Origin: Longimicrobiales bacterium
GTDB taxonomy: Bacteria; Gemmatimonadota; Gemmatimonadetes; Longimicrobiales; Gaopeijiaceae
DNA: 64,000 bases
Direction: 5' to 3'
Assembly: GCA_965197725.1 (NCBI GenBank)
Contig: CBDANQ010000049.1
Location: 1 to 64,000 of the forward strand
In this document: positions 1 through 9,441 of the stretch, piece after piece
Numbering within the stretch: position 1 is the first letter of the stretch
Layout of the letters: each line of letters opens with the position of its first letter
Notes under the pieces: generated by a model
The model's input: the letters and a program-made list of their open reading frames with translations, nothing else
The model's database searches: none
Told to the model about the DNA's origin: nothing
Made by a program: the position numbers and the translations under genes

Positions 1-1399
1 TGAGTATTTGGAGGGTCGGGGCATCGGCGCGGACGTTGCGGAGCGCTATGGGCTCGGCTTCGCTCCCGACGAGTGGCGCGGGTTGCGGGACACGGCTGCG
101 AAACTCGGGCTCGAAGAGGAGTTGATGCTCGAGGTCGGTCTGCTCGGGAGCAGCGAGCGGTCTCGCGAGCCGTACGACCGCTTTCGAGGGCGCATCATGT
201 TCACGATAGAAGGTCTCTCGGGGCGCGTCATCGCGTTTGGTGGCCGCCTGCTCAAGGGTGACGGCAAGGACGCCCCCAAGTATCTCAACTCGCCCGAGAC
301 CCCGATCTACCACAAGGGCAGCAACCTTTATGGCCTGTCGTGGGCGCGGCATTCGATCCGGCGGGAGGAGTCGGCGCTCGTAGTCGAGGGGTACATGGAC
401 GTCGTCTCACTCGCTGCTCACGGCTTCGAAAACGTGGTGGCGCCGCTGGGCACCGCCATGACGCCGGAGCAAGCGAAGCTCCTTTCCCGCTACACCACGC
501 GGGTGCTACTCCTCTTCGACTCGGACGCGGCTGGCCTCAAGGCGACGTTCAAGGCGGGAGACACCTTGCTCGAAGCGGCCATGCATCCGGCGGTGGTCAC
601 TCTGCCACCGGGTGAGGATCCAGACACGCTCGTGCGCTCCGAAGGGCCCGAGGGGCTCAAGCGGTGTTTGGATCAGGCGGTCGATGTGCTGGACCGCAAG
701 CTCCAGATTCTGGACGAAAAGGACTACTTCTCGTCGATCGAGAGCACCCGGTCTGCGGTCGACCGCCTGCTGCCAACGATCCGCGCAGCCTCCGACCCGG
801 CGCTGCAGGATATCTACGTGGCCAAGGTCGCCGACCGCACCGGAGTGCGCCGCGAGACGCTCGAAGCGGAGATGAAACGAGCGAGGATCGGGTCGGGGCC
901 GGCGCGGGTCGACGTGCCCTCGAGCGTGCCTCGCATCGCGGCGCACAGGGTCCCGAAGCTCGGTGCTGAGCGTTTCCTGCTCCTGCTCATGACCAAGAAT
1001 CCCGATTTCGTCGAGCGAGCGGGGGAGCACCTGGGGGCCGAGGACTTTATGGATCCCACCTACCGCACCATCTTTCAAGCGCTTCTCGACGATCCGGGGC
1101 TACGTGCTCCGCCGGTATCAATGGATCCCGTGGCCGCTCAACGGCTGCAAGAGATCCTCTCCGATCCCGAAGAGCTGGCGCACGCGGGGCGGGTCTTCGA
1201 AGAGTCTGTCGCCCGCATCCACGTGGCGGTGCTGGATCGTCGTAGCCAGGACCTCGATCTGCGGATCGCGGCGGCGGCCGGCGATGGGGAGAAGCAAACC
1301 CTCATTGAGGAGAAGGAGCGGGTTTCTCGCGAACGGCGGGAAATCCGCCCCGACGACTGGACCACTACTGCCCGCAAGTTGCGGGGTGACACAACTTGA
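1..1399 (+). CDS. dnaG: DNA primase, 5'-partial (zinc-binding domain lies upstream of the window)
   Basis: YDRFRGRIMF, FGGR, PKYLNSPETPIYHKG, VEGYMDVV and DSDAAG TOPRIM motifs; frame is open from the window start. Confidence 0.97.
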   Translation, partial: EYLEGRGIGADVAERYGLGFAPDEWRGLRDTAAKLGLEEELMLEVGLLGSSERSREPYDRFRGRIMFTIEGLSGRVIAFGGRLLKGDGKDAPKYLNSPETPIYHKGSNLYGLSWARHSIRREESALVVEGYMDVVSLAAHGFENVVAPLGTAMTPEQAKLLSRYTTRVLLLFDSDAAGLKATFKAGDTLLEAAMHPAVVTLPPGEDPDTLVRSEGPEGLKRCLDQAVDVLDRKLQILDEKDYFSSIESTRSAVDRLLPTIRAASDPALQDIYVAKVADRTGVRRETLEAEMKRARIGSGPARVDVPSSVPRIAAHRVPKLGAERFLLLLMTKNPDFVERAGEHLGAEDFMDPTYRTIFQALLDDPGLRAPPVSMDPVAAQRLQEILSDPEELAHAGRVFEESVARIHVAVLDRRSQDLDLRIAAAAGDGEKQTLIEEKERVSRERREIRPDDWTTTARKLRGDTT

Positions 1400-1412
1400 A
1401 CGAGCAGAGCAC

Positions 1413-2294
1413 ATGACGGAGCAGCGCCGCACCGCCCTGAAGGAGCTTCAAAACCTCGATCTCAGGATCCTGGAAGCGCAACGGCGGATCCGTGACTTCG
1501 ACCCCCGCTTCATCGAAGCCGAGGAGTCGGCGCTGGTCCTGGAGAGTGAGGCCGAAAAGACCCGTACACGTCTCAAGGAGATGAAGCTCGAAGAGCGCCG
1601 TCTCGTGGGGAGCGTGGACGAGAAGCGCGCGCGGGAGAAACGGCTCGACGCACGCCTCGGCTCGGTTCGAAATCTGCGCGAGGAGGCTGCCGTCAGCGCC
1701 GAGCTCGAGATGATCAAGCGTGCGCTGCAGACGGACGAACAGGAGGCGTACACGCTGATCGATCACATCCGCAAGACGGAGGAACGGCTGGGAGAGGTGG
1801 ACGAGACGCTGGCCCGGGAGAGGGATGTTGTCGCGCCCAAGATGGCCGAGTTGATCGCGGAGCGAGCGGACGCACAGAAGGGCCTAGCGTCCTTCGAGTC
1901 GGAGCGGGAAAGCTTCGTCGGCAGCATGGACGAGTCGGAGCTCCGGCTCTACGACGGTATCCGTCGCGGTGGCCGGTCGATCGCCGTCGCCGACCTCACG
2001 CAGGATGGTGCTTGCGGACACTGTTTCGGGGTCGTGCCACTCCAGGTTCGAAACGAGGTGCTCCACGGGGACGCGCTCATCCGCTGCGAGGGTTGCGGCG
2101 TGATCCTGGCGGCTCCGGATCCAGAAGCTGTCGCTGCTGCTGTCGCCGAGGAGGCGGCGAGGGTTGAGGCGGCCAAGGTCACCGCGGAGGCCGCCGCGAC
2201 CGACGAAGCGGACGTTGCCGGTGACGCTGCGGAGGCCGTCGGTGGTACAGCCACTTCGGAGGAGACCGACGACGAGGACACGGGCGACGCGTGA
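1413..2294 (+). CDS. Coiled-coil protein with C4-type zinc ribbon (DUF164-like) and acidic Ala-rich tail
   Basis: N-terminal LxELQxLD coiled coil; CGHC...CEGCGVIL ribbon; start placed at ATG 1413 within ORF 1104..2294. Confidence 0.85.
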   Translation: MTEQRRTALKELQNLDLRILEAQRRIRDFDPRFIEAEESALVLESEAEKTRTRLKEMKLEERRLVGSVDEKRAREKRLDARLGSVRNLREEAAVSAELEMIKRALQTDEQEAYTLIDHIRKTEERLGEVDETLARERDVVAPKMAELIAERADAQKGLASFESERESFVGSMDESELRLYDGIRRGGRSIAVADLTQDGACGHCFGVVPLQVRNEVLHGDALIRCEGCGVILAAPDPEAVAAAVAEEAARVEAAKVTAEAAATDEADVAGDAAEAVGGTATSEETDDEDTGDA

Positions 2295-4042
2295 CGGCCG
2301 GGCCGGACGGTTTCGCGAGCAAACTCCGTTCCCCCGATCCCACCTGGATTCTTCCCCACACGCCTGACCCGGCGGCGGTCCACACACTCGTCGAGTCGCT
2401 CAGGCTCCCCGCTGCGGTATGCTCGGTGCTGGTCACGCGTGGGGTGACGGCGCCCGACCAGGCCAAAGACTTCCTGCGCCCTCGTCTGGAGCATCTACGC
2501 GACGCCGCTCGACTGGCGGATGGTCCTGCGGCCGCCGAGCGCATCGCGGCCGCTATACGCGCGGGTGACACGATTCTCGTGCACGGGGACTACGACGTCG
2601 ACGGGATCTGCGCGACCGCCCTGCTCACGCGGTGGCTGCGAACTCTTGGCGGGCAGATCGTCCCGTTCGTGCCACACCGGCTGAGGGACGGCTACGATTT
2701 CGGGCCCGCCGGGCTTGATGCGGCCCGGGCCGCCGGCGCGACGCTCATCGTGACCGCGGACTGCGGCACGGTCGCTCACGAGACGGTGGCGAGCACGAGT
2801 CGCGAAGGCATCGACGTCGTCATCACCGACCACCACACCGTTGCCGGGTCACTTCCCGAGGCCGTGGCAGTGGTGAATCCCAAGCGTCCCGACTGCGAGT
2901 ACCCGGACAAGGGACTGTGCGGCACCGGAGTCGCCTACAAGCTGTGTGAGCTGGTCGCCGACGCGCTCGATGCCGATTCGGAGGCGCTCGCCGCGTACCT
3001 GGATCTGGTGGCTCTTGCGACGGTCGCGGACCTCGTTCCGCTCACTGGCGAGAACCGTGTGCTCGTTCACCATGGTCTGAGACGCTTTTCGCGTACACGA
3101 ATACGTGGCCTCGCCGCACTACTGAAGGTCGCGGGCGTGCCCGTCGCGGAGGTCACAGCGGGCAGGTTGGGCTTCGTGGTGGCACCCCGAATCAACGCTG
3201 CGGGCCGCATGGGGGAGTCTGCGGATGCGCTTCGGCTGCTTCTTACCGATGACGAGGCTGAGGCACGACAGCTCGCTGAGAAGCTCGATACGACGAACCG
3301 GGACCGGCAAGACGAGGACAAGCGCACGTTGGCCGAAGCCCTCGCAATGCTGGAGCGGGAGTACGACCCGGGCTCCGACTTCGGCGTCGTCCTCGCTGGC
3401 GAGGGTTGGCATCCGGGAGTGATCGGGATTGTCGCGTCCCGTGTCGTGGAGCGCATCTATAGACCCGTCGTCATGATTGCGCTCGACGGGGAGCGGGGTA
3501 GAGGCAGTGCGCGGTCTATTCCCGGGTTCCATCTCTACGACGCACTGCAGGCATGCTCGGCTCACATGCTGCGCTTCGGGGGCCACAAGCAAGCCGCCGG
3601 CATGGACGTCACTCGAGACTCCGTGGCGGCGCTGCGTGAGGCGTTCAACGCCGAAGCTGGCTTGCGGCTGGATCTCGCGGATTTACGGCCGCAGCTGCGC
3701 ACCGATGTCGTGCTCGAGCTGGAGGACGTCGATCTTCAACTCGTGCACTGGATGAGCTACCTGGGCCCGCACGGGATGGGGAATCCAGGCCCCCTCTTTG
3801 TCGTGAGCACTGCAGCGCTCCAGCGCGCCAAGGTTGTCGGTGAGAACCACCTCAAGGCGACGTTGCGCCGGGGCGCGGGGCGGATCGACGCCATCGGCTT
3901 CGGTCTTGCTGAGCGACACCCTCCCGAGGCGGTCATGGCCGTGCCCCACGACGTGGTCTTTCGCCTCGAAAGGAACGAATGGCGGGGCACTGCACGGGTT
4001 CAGGCTCGCCTGATCGCGCTGCGCGCTTCGGGGAGCGCGTGA
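2291..4042 (+). CDS. recJ: Single-stranded-DNA-specific exonuclease RecJ
   Basis: HGDYDVDG, TDHH, ATVADLVPL, PRINAAGR, GSARS, FGGH motifs. Confidence 0.97.
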   Translation: MTAGPDGFASKLRSPDPTWILPHTPDPAAVHTLVESLRLPAAVCSVLVTRGVTAPDQAKDFLRPRLEHLRDAARLADGPAAAERIAAAIRAGDTILVHGDYDVDGICATALLTRWLRTLGGQIVPFVPHRLRDGYDFGPAGLDAARAAGATLIVTADCGTVAHETVASTSREGIDVVITDHHTVAGSLPEAVAVVNPKRPDCEYPDKGLCGTGVAYKLCELVADALDADSEALAAYLDLVALATVADLVPLTGENRVLVHHGLRRFSRTRIRGLAALLKVAGVPVAEVTAGRLGFVVAPRINAAGRMGESADALRLLLTDDEAEARQLAEKLDTTNRDRQDEDKRTLAEALAMLEREYDPGSDFGVVLAGEGWHPGVIGIVASRVVERIYRPVVMIALDGERGRGSARSIPGFHLYDALQACSAHMLRFGGHKQAAGMDVTRDSVAALREAFNAEAGLRLDLADLRPQLRTDVVLELEDVDLQLVHWMSYLGPHGMGNPGPLFVVSTAALQRAKVVGENHLKATLRRGAGRIDAIGFGLAERHPPEAVMAVPHDVVFRLERNEWRGTARVQARLIALRASGSA

Positions 4043-4566
4043 TGAGGATCATCGCGGGCCGGTTTCGTGGCCATCGGCTCAAGCCCCTCAAGGGGAAGTG
4101 CGTTCGACCCACCACGGACCGAGTCCGGGAGGCGTGGATGTCGGCGATGGGTGGCCGTTTCGACGATCTCGAGGTGCTCGACCTCTTCTCGGGATCTGGT
4201 GCGTTGGGCCTCGAGGCGCTGAGCCGAGGGGCCGGACACGTGACCTTCGTCGAGAAGGCCCGGGGAGCGTTACGAGTGATCGAAGCGAATATCGAACAAC
4301 TCGGGGTTGTCGAGAGCTGCACGGTCGTCGCCGACGACGTCTTTCGGTACTTGGACCGCGACCGGGGGCTCTTCTCGTTCGCGGTGGCGGATCCTCCTTA
4401 CGGGAGCGGCTACGCTCAGGCGCTTGCGGACAAGTGGCGGGAGCGTCCGTTTGCGCGCGAACTTTGGTTGGAGCATCCTTCGCACGAGACGCTCCGTCTG
4501 CCGGAGGCCGCTACTACGCGGCGCTACGGCGATACCGCCCTCACGACCCTGACGGCCGAAGCATGA
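4042..4566 (+). CDS. rsmD: 16S rRNA m2G966 methyltransferase
   Basis: MRIIAG, RPTTDRVRE, LDLFSGSGALGLEALSRGA, DPPY; ATG overlaps the recJ stop. Confidence 0.93.
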   Translation: MRIIAGRFRGHRLKPLKGKCVRPTTDRVREAWMSAMGGRFDDLEVLDLFSGSGALGLEALSRGAGHVTFVEKARGALRVIEANIEQLGVVESCTVVADDVFRYLDRDRGLFSFAVADPPYGSGYAQALADKWRERPFARELWLEHPSHETLRLPEAATTRRYGDTALTTLTAEA

Positions 4567-5063
4567 GTCCTTCCAGCCCGATCGTCGCAGTCTATCCCGG
4601 GTCCTTCGACCCCATGACCAAGGGTCATGAGGATATCGCGCACCGGACCCTCCGGGTGGCCGACCAGCTCGTCGTGGCCGTCGCGCATAGCGCGACGCAT
4701 CAGAAGAGGGATCTCTTCACGGTGGAAGAGCGCGTCGGCGTGATCAACGAGGTCTTTAGTGCCGACGAGCGCGTGCAGGCTCGGGCCTTCGAGGGTCTGC
4801 TGGTCGACTTCGCTCGAGACCTGGGGTCGCGTTTGGTCGTTCGGGGTCTGCGTGCGATCTCGGACTTCGAATACGAAATGCAAATGGCACAGATGAATCA
4901 GGAGTTGTGGCCCGAGATCGAAACGCTCTTCTTCGTGCCCGAGGTCGAGTACTCGTTCCTGTCTTCCTCGCTCGTGCGCGAAGTCGCGTCACTCGGCGGG
5001 GACGTCTCGCGCTTCGTGTCGCCGCCAGTGCTTGCCCGCCTGCGGGAGAAGCTCGGGGCGTGA
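4563..5063 (+). CDS. coaD: Phosphopantetheine adenylyltransferase
   Basis: YPGSFDPMTKGH, RGLRAISDFEYE, SSSLVREVA. Confidence 0.96.
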   Translation: MSPSSPIVAVYPGSFDPMTKGHEDIAHRTLRVADQLVVAVAHSATHQKRDLFTVEERVGVINEVFSADERVQARAFEGLLVDFARDLGSRLVVRGLRAISDFEYEMQMAQMNQELWPEIETLFFVPEVEYSFLSSSLVREVASLGGDVSRFVSPPVLARLREKLGA

Positions 5064-5200
5064 GGAGCACGTCCGGAGAATTCCTCCGGGAACTCCGGGC
5101 CCGTGTCCGCTCAGGCAAGCGCCGGCTGGTCTTCCCGGAAGGGACCGATATCGTTTCCGTGGCGTGCATCACCGCGGAAATGGTGAAGGAAGCCGAATAG
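5060..5200 (+). pseudogene. pta: Phosphate acetyltransferase remnant: first ~30 and last ~17 codons fused in frame
   Basis: Translation FLRELRARVRSGKRRLVFPEGTD|IVSVACITAEMV resembles the Pta N-terminal 'RIVxPEG-D' motif joined to the C-terminal 'DIVxVAxITA' motif; GTG overlaps the coaD stop. Confidence 0.7.
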
Positions 5201-5249
5201 CTGGCGGAAGCTTCCTTGTCTGCCGATCTTCTTTTTTTGAACGCTTCCC

Positions 5250-5279
5250 TTGCCCGAACATTTGTTCCCTTTTTACTAT
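5250..5279 (+). promoter_or_regulatory. Putative sigma70 promoter TTGCCC-N18-TACTAT with a GAAC-N4-GTTC palindrome (5256-5267) in the spacer
   Basis: AT-rich intergenic tract upstream of the STAS gene; motifs read directly. Confidence 0.4.
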
Positions 5280-5356
5280 TGATGCGCTGTCCTCCGCCCC
5301 GTCCCCGCACCTGGCCGGGCGGGCGGGCTTGAATTCAACTCCGGATCGATGAAGCC

Positions 5357-5689
5357 ATGGGCTTTCAGGTATCGCAGAGCGCTGATGCCACTCTCGTCGA
5401 AGTCGAGGGTCAGCTCATTGTCGGGAACCGTCAGGAGCTCAAGCAGCGGGTGCTGGAGCAGCTCGAAGGTGGCGACCGAAAGTTCGTGATCGATTTCTCG
5501 AACACGGGCTACATCGACTCGTCTGGCCTCGGGGTCCTGGTCAGCCTGTCGAAGAAGATCCGGGAGCGGGGCGGTGAGCTTCGGTTGTCGAGCCTCAATG
5601 AGGACCTCCGGACGCTCTTCGAGCTCACGAAGCTCGACACGCTGTTCCGAATCACCGATACCAAGGAAGAGGCGCTAGAGGGATTTTGA
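5357..5689 (+). CDS. STAS-domain anti-sigma-factor antagonist (RsbV/SpoIIAA-like)
   Basis: DFSNTGYIDSSGLGVLV with phospho-acceptor Ser; 110 aa. Confidence 0.93.
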   Translation: MGFQVSQSADATLVEVEGQLIVGNRQELKQRVLEQLEGGDRKFVIDFSNTGYIDSSGLGVLVSLSKKIRERGGELRLSSLNEDLRTLFELTKLDTLFRITDTKEEALEGF

Positions 5690-5736
5690 TCCTCGATTCC
5701 CGTACCCCGAGCCCTCCGGCTTCGGATCAGGCGTAG

Positions 5737-6177
5737 ATGGACAACGAGCTCGTTCTCGAGATCCCGACGGACGTGCGCTCCATCGAGCACACCGTCGACT
5801 ACGTCATGCGCCGTTGTCGCACGTGTGAGACGTACCAAAAGCGCCTGCGCCTGAACTTCCGGGTGGGGCTCACCGAGGCGCTCGCGAATGCGATGCTCTA
5901 CGGCAATGCGCACGACCCGTCCAAGCACGTTCGCGTAGAGGTGACGTTGGAGAACGGCCGACTCGAGGCGCGAGTCACCGACCAGGGAAGGGGCTTCGAT
6001 CCGAGCACGATCCCGGACCCCACCGAACCGGAGAATATTCTCAAGTCGCATGGCCGGGGTCTGTTCCTGATGCGTCAAATGCTCGACGAAGTGTCGTACA
6101 ACGATCAGGGCAATCAGGTCACACTTGTTCTTCGGCTAGAGCAGGGCAGCGCCCTCGAGGGTGGTGCCCAGGCGTGA
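5737..6177 (+). CDS. RsbW/SpoIIAB-like anti-sigma factor Ser kinase (HATPase_c)
   Basis: EALANAMLYGN, DQGRGFD, GRGLFLM boxes. Confidence 0.92.
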   Translation: MDNELVLEIPTDVRSIEHTVDYVMRRCRTCETYQKRLRLNFRVGLTEALANAMLYGNAHDPSKHVRVEVTLENGRLEARVTDQGRGFDPSTIPDPTEPENILKSHGRGLFLMRQMLDEVSYNDQGNQVTLVLRLEQGSALEGGAQA

Positions 6178-7760
6178 CGGTGCCCGACCGGCTCGTCCTC
6201 GCGACGTTGCCCGAGCCGGTCCTCCAGACGCTCGCTGACTTCGAGAGGGCATGCGACGCTTCCCTGCGGCTGATCGTGCGACCCGCGGAGCCGGGCGCTG
6301 CCAGCGAGGTCGTGTACTCGAGCGACGCCTTCGACACCGAAACCGCCGAAGAATCGAACCTGCGCTGCCCGATTGCCGTGCAGGAAGGGCCACCGCTCGA
6401 GCTGCAGATTGCTTCGACGAACGGCGATGCGGACGTGATCGCAGCAGTGTTGGCCCCGGCGCTCGAGCGTGTGCTGGAGACCGCGCGCGAGATCCAGTTC
6501 TTCACGTACGAGCTCGCGGAGCGGTTCGAGGAGATCAACCTCCTCTATTCGATCAGCGAGACCCTCGGCGCCACGCTGGATCTCGACGCCGGCGCAAGAA
6601 CGATTCTCTCCGACGTTAGCGAGGTTATGGGCGCGAAGCGGGGATCGTTGTGGGTGTATGAGGCGGAGGACGATCGGCTCCACCTCTGTGCAGAGGTGGG
6701 CGACGACGGTCGTCAGAGACCGCTCAGTGCGGACGACCCGGACACCCTGACCTCGATGGTTTTCCGAGGCGGACAGCCGATCATCGCGTCCCGCCGGCCC
6801 ACGGGGGCGGAGCGTGACGCCGGGGATGAGGGCGACTCTTTCCTATCCGTGCCGATCCGGTATGCGCCGGCGACCGGTGAGTCACGCACCGTGGGCGTCG
6901 TGAATCTCATCGGACGCCAGGACGGGGGCCGCTTCAGCGCCGCCCACCAGAAGCTACTGGCGGCGATCGCGTCGCAGATCGGGGCGGCTCTCGAGAACCA
7001 CAGGCTCGTGGAGTTGAGTCTCTCCAAGGAGCGCATGGCCAAGGAGATGGAACTCGCACACGACCTGCAGATGAAGTTGCTTCCGGCCGCGGATCGCTTC
7101 GACTGGGTCGACGCGGGGGGGCGCGTGGATCCTGCTGAGCGGGTGGGTGGCGACTTCTACCAGCTGTTCAAGCTGCCAGATGAGCGCATCGGCGTCATGC
7201 TAGGCGATGTCTCGCTGCACGGGTTCCCTTCAGCGCTGATCATGACCCTGACGCTGAGCGTCGCGGGCATTTACGCGCGAGAATTCACGTCCCCCGCTCG
7301 AGTTCTCCGCTCGCTCGACGATGCGTTGGCCGAGGAACTCGAGACCACCGAGATGTTCCTGACCGTTTTCTATGGCGTGCTGGATCCGAAAACCGGCACG
7401 CTCGTGTACTCCAACGCCGGTCACCCCCACGCCTTCGCCATCCGGGACGACGGGAGCGCGGAGCGGCTTACAGCCACCGACCCGCCCGTCGGTTTCGCGG
7501 GTCCCGACTCGTATCACGAGGCGATGGTCGGCTGGGAGCCCGAACGTGACGTGCTCCTCCTGTTCACCGATGGGCTCTCCGACATGCTCGCCTCCCACTC
7601 ACGAGGCGACGGGGAGGGGCTGATCCTCGAGACTGCGATCAAGCACCGGTACCGGGAGCCGATGGACATCGTGGACGGTCTCTTCGCGCTTTCGCCAGAC
7701 GAGCCCAGCGGACGCCAGCTTCGGGCTGACGATCGGACCGTCTTGGTCGTCCGAGTCTGA
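6174..7760 (+). CDS. GAF + PP2C/SpoIIE phosphatase (RsbU-like)
   Basis: GAF region, then VGGDFY, GDVSLHG, NAGHP, FTDGL, DDRT. Confidence 0.92.
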   Translation: MTVPDRLVLATLPEPVLQTLADFERACDASLRLIVRPAEPGAASEVVYSSDAFDTETAEESNLRCPIAVQEGPPLELQIASTNGDADVIAAVLAPALERVLETAREIQFFTYELAERFEEINLLYSISETLGATLDLDAGARTILSDVSEVMGAKRGSLWVYEAEDDRLHLCAEVGDDGRQRPLSADDPDTLTSMVFRGGQPIIASRRPTGAERDAGDEGDSFLSVPIRYAPATGESRTVGVVNLIGRQDGGRFSAAHQKLLAAIASQIGAALENHRLVELSLSKERMAKEMELAHDLQMKLLPAADRFDWVDAGGRVDPAERVGGDFYQLFKLPDERIGVMLGDVSLHGFPSALIMTLTLSVAGIYAREFTSPARVLRSLDDALAEELETTEMFLTVFYGVLDPKTGTLVYSNAGHPHAFAIRDDGSAERLTATDPPVGFAGPDSYHEAMVGWEPERDVLLLFTDGLSDMLASHSRGDGEGLILETAIKHRYREPMDIVDGLFALSPDEPSGRQLRADDRTVLVVRV

Positions 7761-7777
7761 CTTCACGGTTCCACGCC

Positions 7778-8593
7778 ATGAGCGAACCGTCCCGTCAACG
7801 CGCCAAACGTTCGCTCGGTCAGAACTTCCTCGTCGACCCCAACCTGCAGAGGAAGATTGTCGCCGCGTTGGGGGCCCAGCCGAGTGACAAGGTCGTCGAG
7901 GTCGGGCCGGGCCGAGGCGCGCTCACGCACCACCTCATTGGGACCGTAGGCCGGCTCGTTCTCATCGAGCTCGACAACGAGCTGGCTGCGTGGTGGACGG
8001 CAGAGGTGGCGGGCCGCGACGATATCCTGGTCGTGCACGGGGACGTTCTCGCGGAGCCGTTCTGGGAGCATGTGCGTGACCCGTCCGACGCGCTCGTCGT
8101 CGGTAACATTCCTTTCAACATCTCTTCGCCGATCATCTTCCGGCTGCTCGAGCGGCCCCGGCCCCGTGAGATCGTCCTGATGGTGCAGCAGGAGGTCGCG
8201 GACCGCATCACGGCTCCGGTCGGAAGCAAAGCATACGGTGCGCTCGCCGTCGGCGTGCGAAGTATTGCAACGGCCGAGCGTCTCTTCGGTGTGGGCAGGG
8301 GAGCTTTCCGGCCGGTACCAGGCGTCGATTCCGCGGTGATCCGGATCAAGCCGCTGAAGCCCGAGTCGCTCGTTGTTGCGGATGAAGAGCGCCTCCGCAC
8401 CGTGGTGCGGGCAGTGTTCCAGTGGCGCCGAAAGCAGCTGGGAAAGATCCTGCGCGACCACCCGGACCTCTCCGTCCCGGCGGGTGAACTGCGACGCGTA
8501 GCGGCGAGGGTCGGCTTCGAACTATCGGACCGTCCCGAGCGCCTCTCGCCGGACGCCTTCATTCGGCTGGCTGCCGCGTTGCCGTCGTTCTGA
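7778..8593 (+). CDS. rsmA: 16S rRNA dimethyladenosine transferase KsgA
   Basis: KRSLGQNFL, EVGPGRGALT, GNIPFNISSP, PVPGVDSAV. Confidence 0.96.
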   Translation: MSEPSRQRAKRSLGQNFLVDPNLQRKIVAALGAQPSDKVVEVGPGRGALTHHLIGTVGRLVLIELDNELAAWWTAEVAGRDDILVVHGDVLAEPFWEHVRDPSDALVVGNIPFNISSPIIFRLLERPRPREIVLMVQQEVADRITAPVGSKAYGALAVGVRSIATAERLFGVGRGAFRPVPGVDSAVIRIKPLKPESLVVADEERLRTVVRAVFQWRRKQLGKILRDHPDLSVPAGELRRVAARVGFELSDRPERLSPDAFIRLAAALPSF

Positions 8594-8606
8594 GCGTCCG
8601 ATACAT

Positions 8607-8624
8607 TTGTGAAGATTTTCACAA
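8607..8624. promoter_or_regulatory. Rex operator, TTGTGAA-GATT-TTCACAA
   Basis: Exact match to the TTGTGAA-N4-TTCACAA Rex consensus, 33 bp upstream of rex. Confidence 0.9.
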
Positions 8625-8657
8625 GCGGCGCTTTTTTGCGCCGCGGGCCCCTGCATC

Positions 8658-9299
8658 GTGCCCTTGTCCAGACGCGTCTCCGACTCGACAGTTCGCCGGT
8701 TGTCCCACTATCTCCGGGCCCTCGAAGGCTTCAAGGAGGCGGGCGGAGGCACCGTGTCGAGCGAAGGGCTCGCGGCGCGTGGCCACACAACGGCCGCACA
8801 GGTCCGAAAGGACCTCTCGCACTTCGGCTCCTTCGGCAAGCGAGGCCTCGGGTACAGCATTGAGGAGCTGAGTGCGCGTCTCCGGGCCATCCTTGGCCTC
8901 GACCGCGTGTGGCGGGTGGTGCTCGTCGGTGCGGGCCGCATCGGATCGGCGCTGTTCGAGTATCCGGACTTCGAGAGGCGTGGTTACGACTGCGTCGCGA
9001 TCCTCGACTCCGACCCCGAGAAGATCGGCGCGCAGTGGGGGACGACCACGATCCACTCCTCGGAACGGCTCGAGACCGTGATCGACGAGCTCGATGTCGA
9101 TCTCGCGATCCTGGCGGTGCCGGCTTCGGCAGCTCAAGGGGTCGCGGACCGGGCGGTCCAGGCGGGGGTAAGGGGCATCCTCAATTTCGCGCCGGTCCAG
9201 ATCAGGGTGCCGGACTCGATCCCCGTCGAGGACGTCAATGTCGTGATGGAGCTCGAGGCGCTCTCGTTCAAGATCACGCGGGGCGAGGCCGGGGAGTGA
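8658..9299 (+). CDS. rex: Redox-sensing transcriptional repressor Rex
   Basis: RRLSHYLR, QVRKDLSHFGSFGKRGLGY, GAGRIG Rossmann motif, ILNFAP. Confidence 0.97.
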   Translation: MPLSRRVSDSTVRRLSHYLRALEGFKEAGGGTVSSEGLAARGHTTAAQVRKDLSHFGSFGKRGLGYSIEELSARLRAILGLDRVWRVVLVGAGRIGSALFEYPDFERRGYDCVAILDSDPEKIGAQWGTTTIHSSERLETVIDELDVDLAILAVPASAAQGVADRAVQAGVRGILNFAPVQIRVPDSIPVEDVNVVMELEALSFKITRGEAGE

Positions 9300-9441
9300 C
9301 CGAGAGGTCGGGAGGGTGATGGGAAAGGGGGGCAACCCGTAAACGTGTACGTTCATTCAGCGTGGTGTTGGGCACATGGCGACCAACGCTTCGCGTCGGT
9401 GCCCGCGCGGTTGATCCTGCGTCTCTCCTCGTCACCGTAGA

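Noticed and set aside
1104..1412. N-terminal extensions of track ORFs (also 4098, 10281, 13419, 16575, 22798, 29196, 35258, 36715, 62193)
   Set aside because: They overlap neighbouring genes; downstream starts match family N-termini and stop/start coupling.
9341..9354. AACGT-GT-ACGTT palindrome upstream of the exonuclease
   Set aside because: Short, matches neither the Rex box nor GAAC-N4-GTTC spacing; could be chance.
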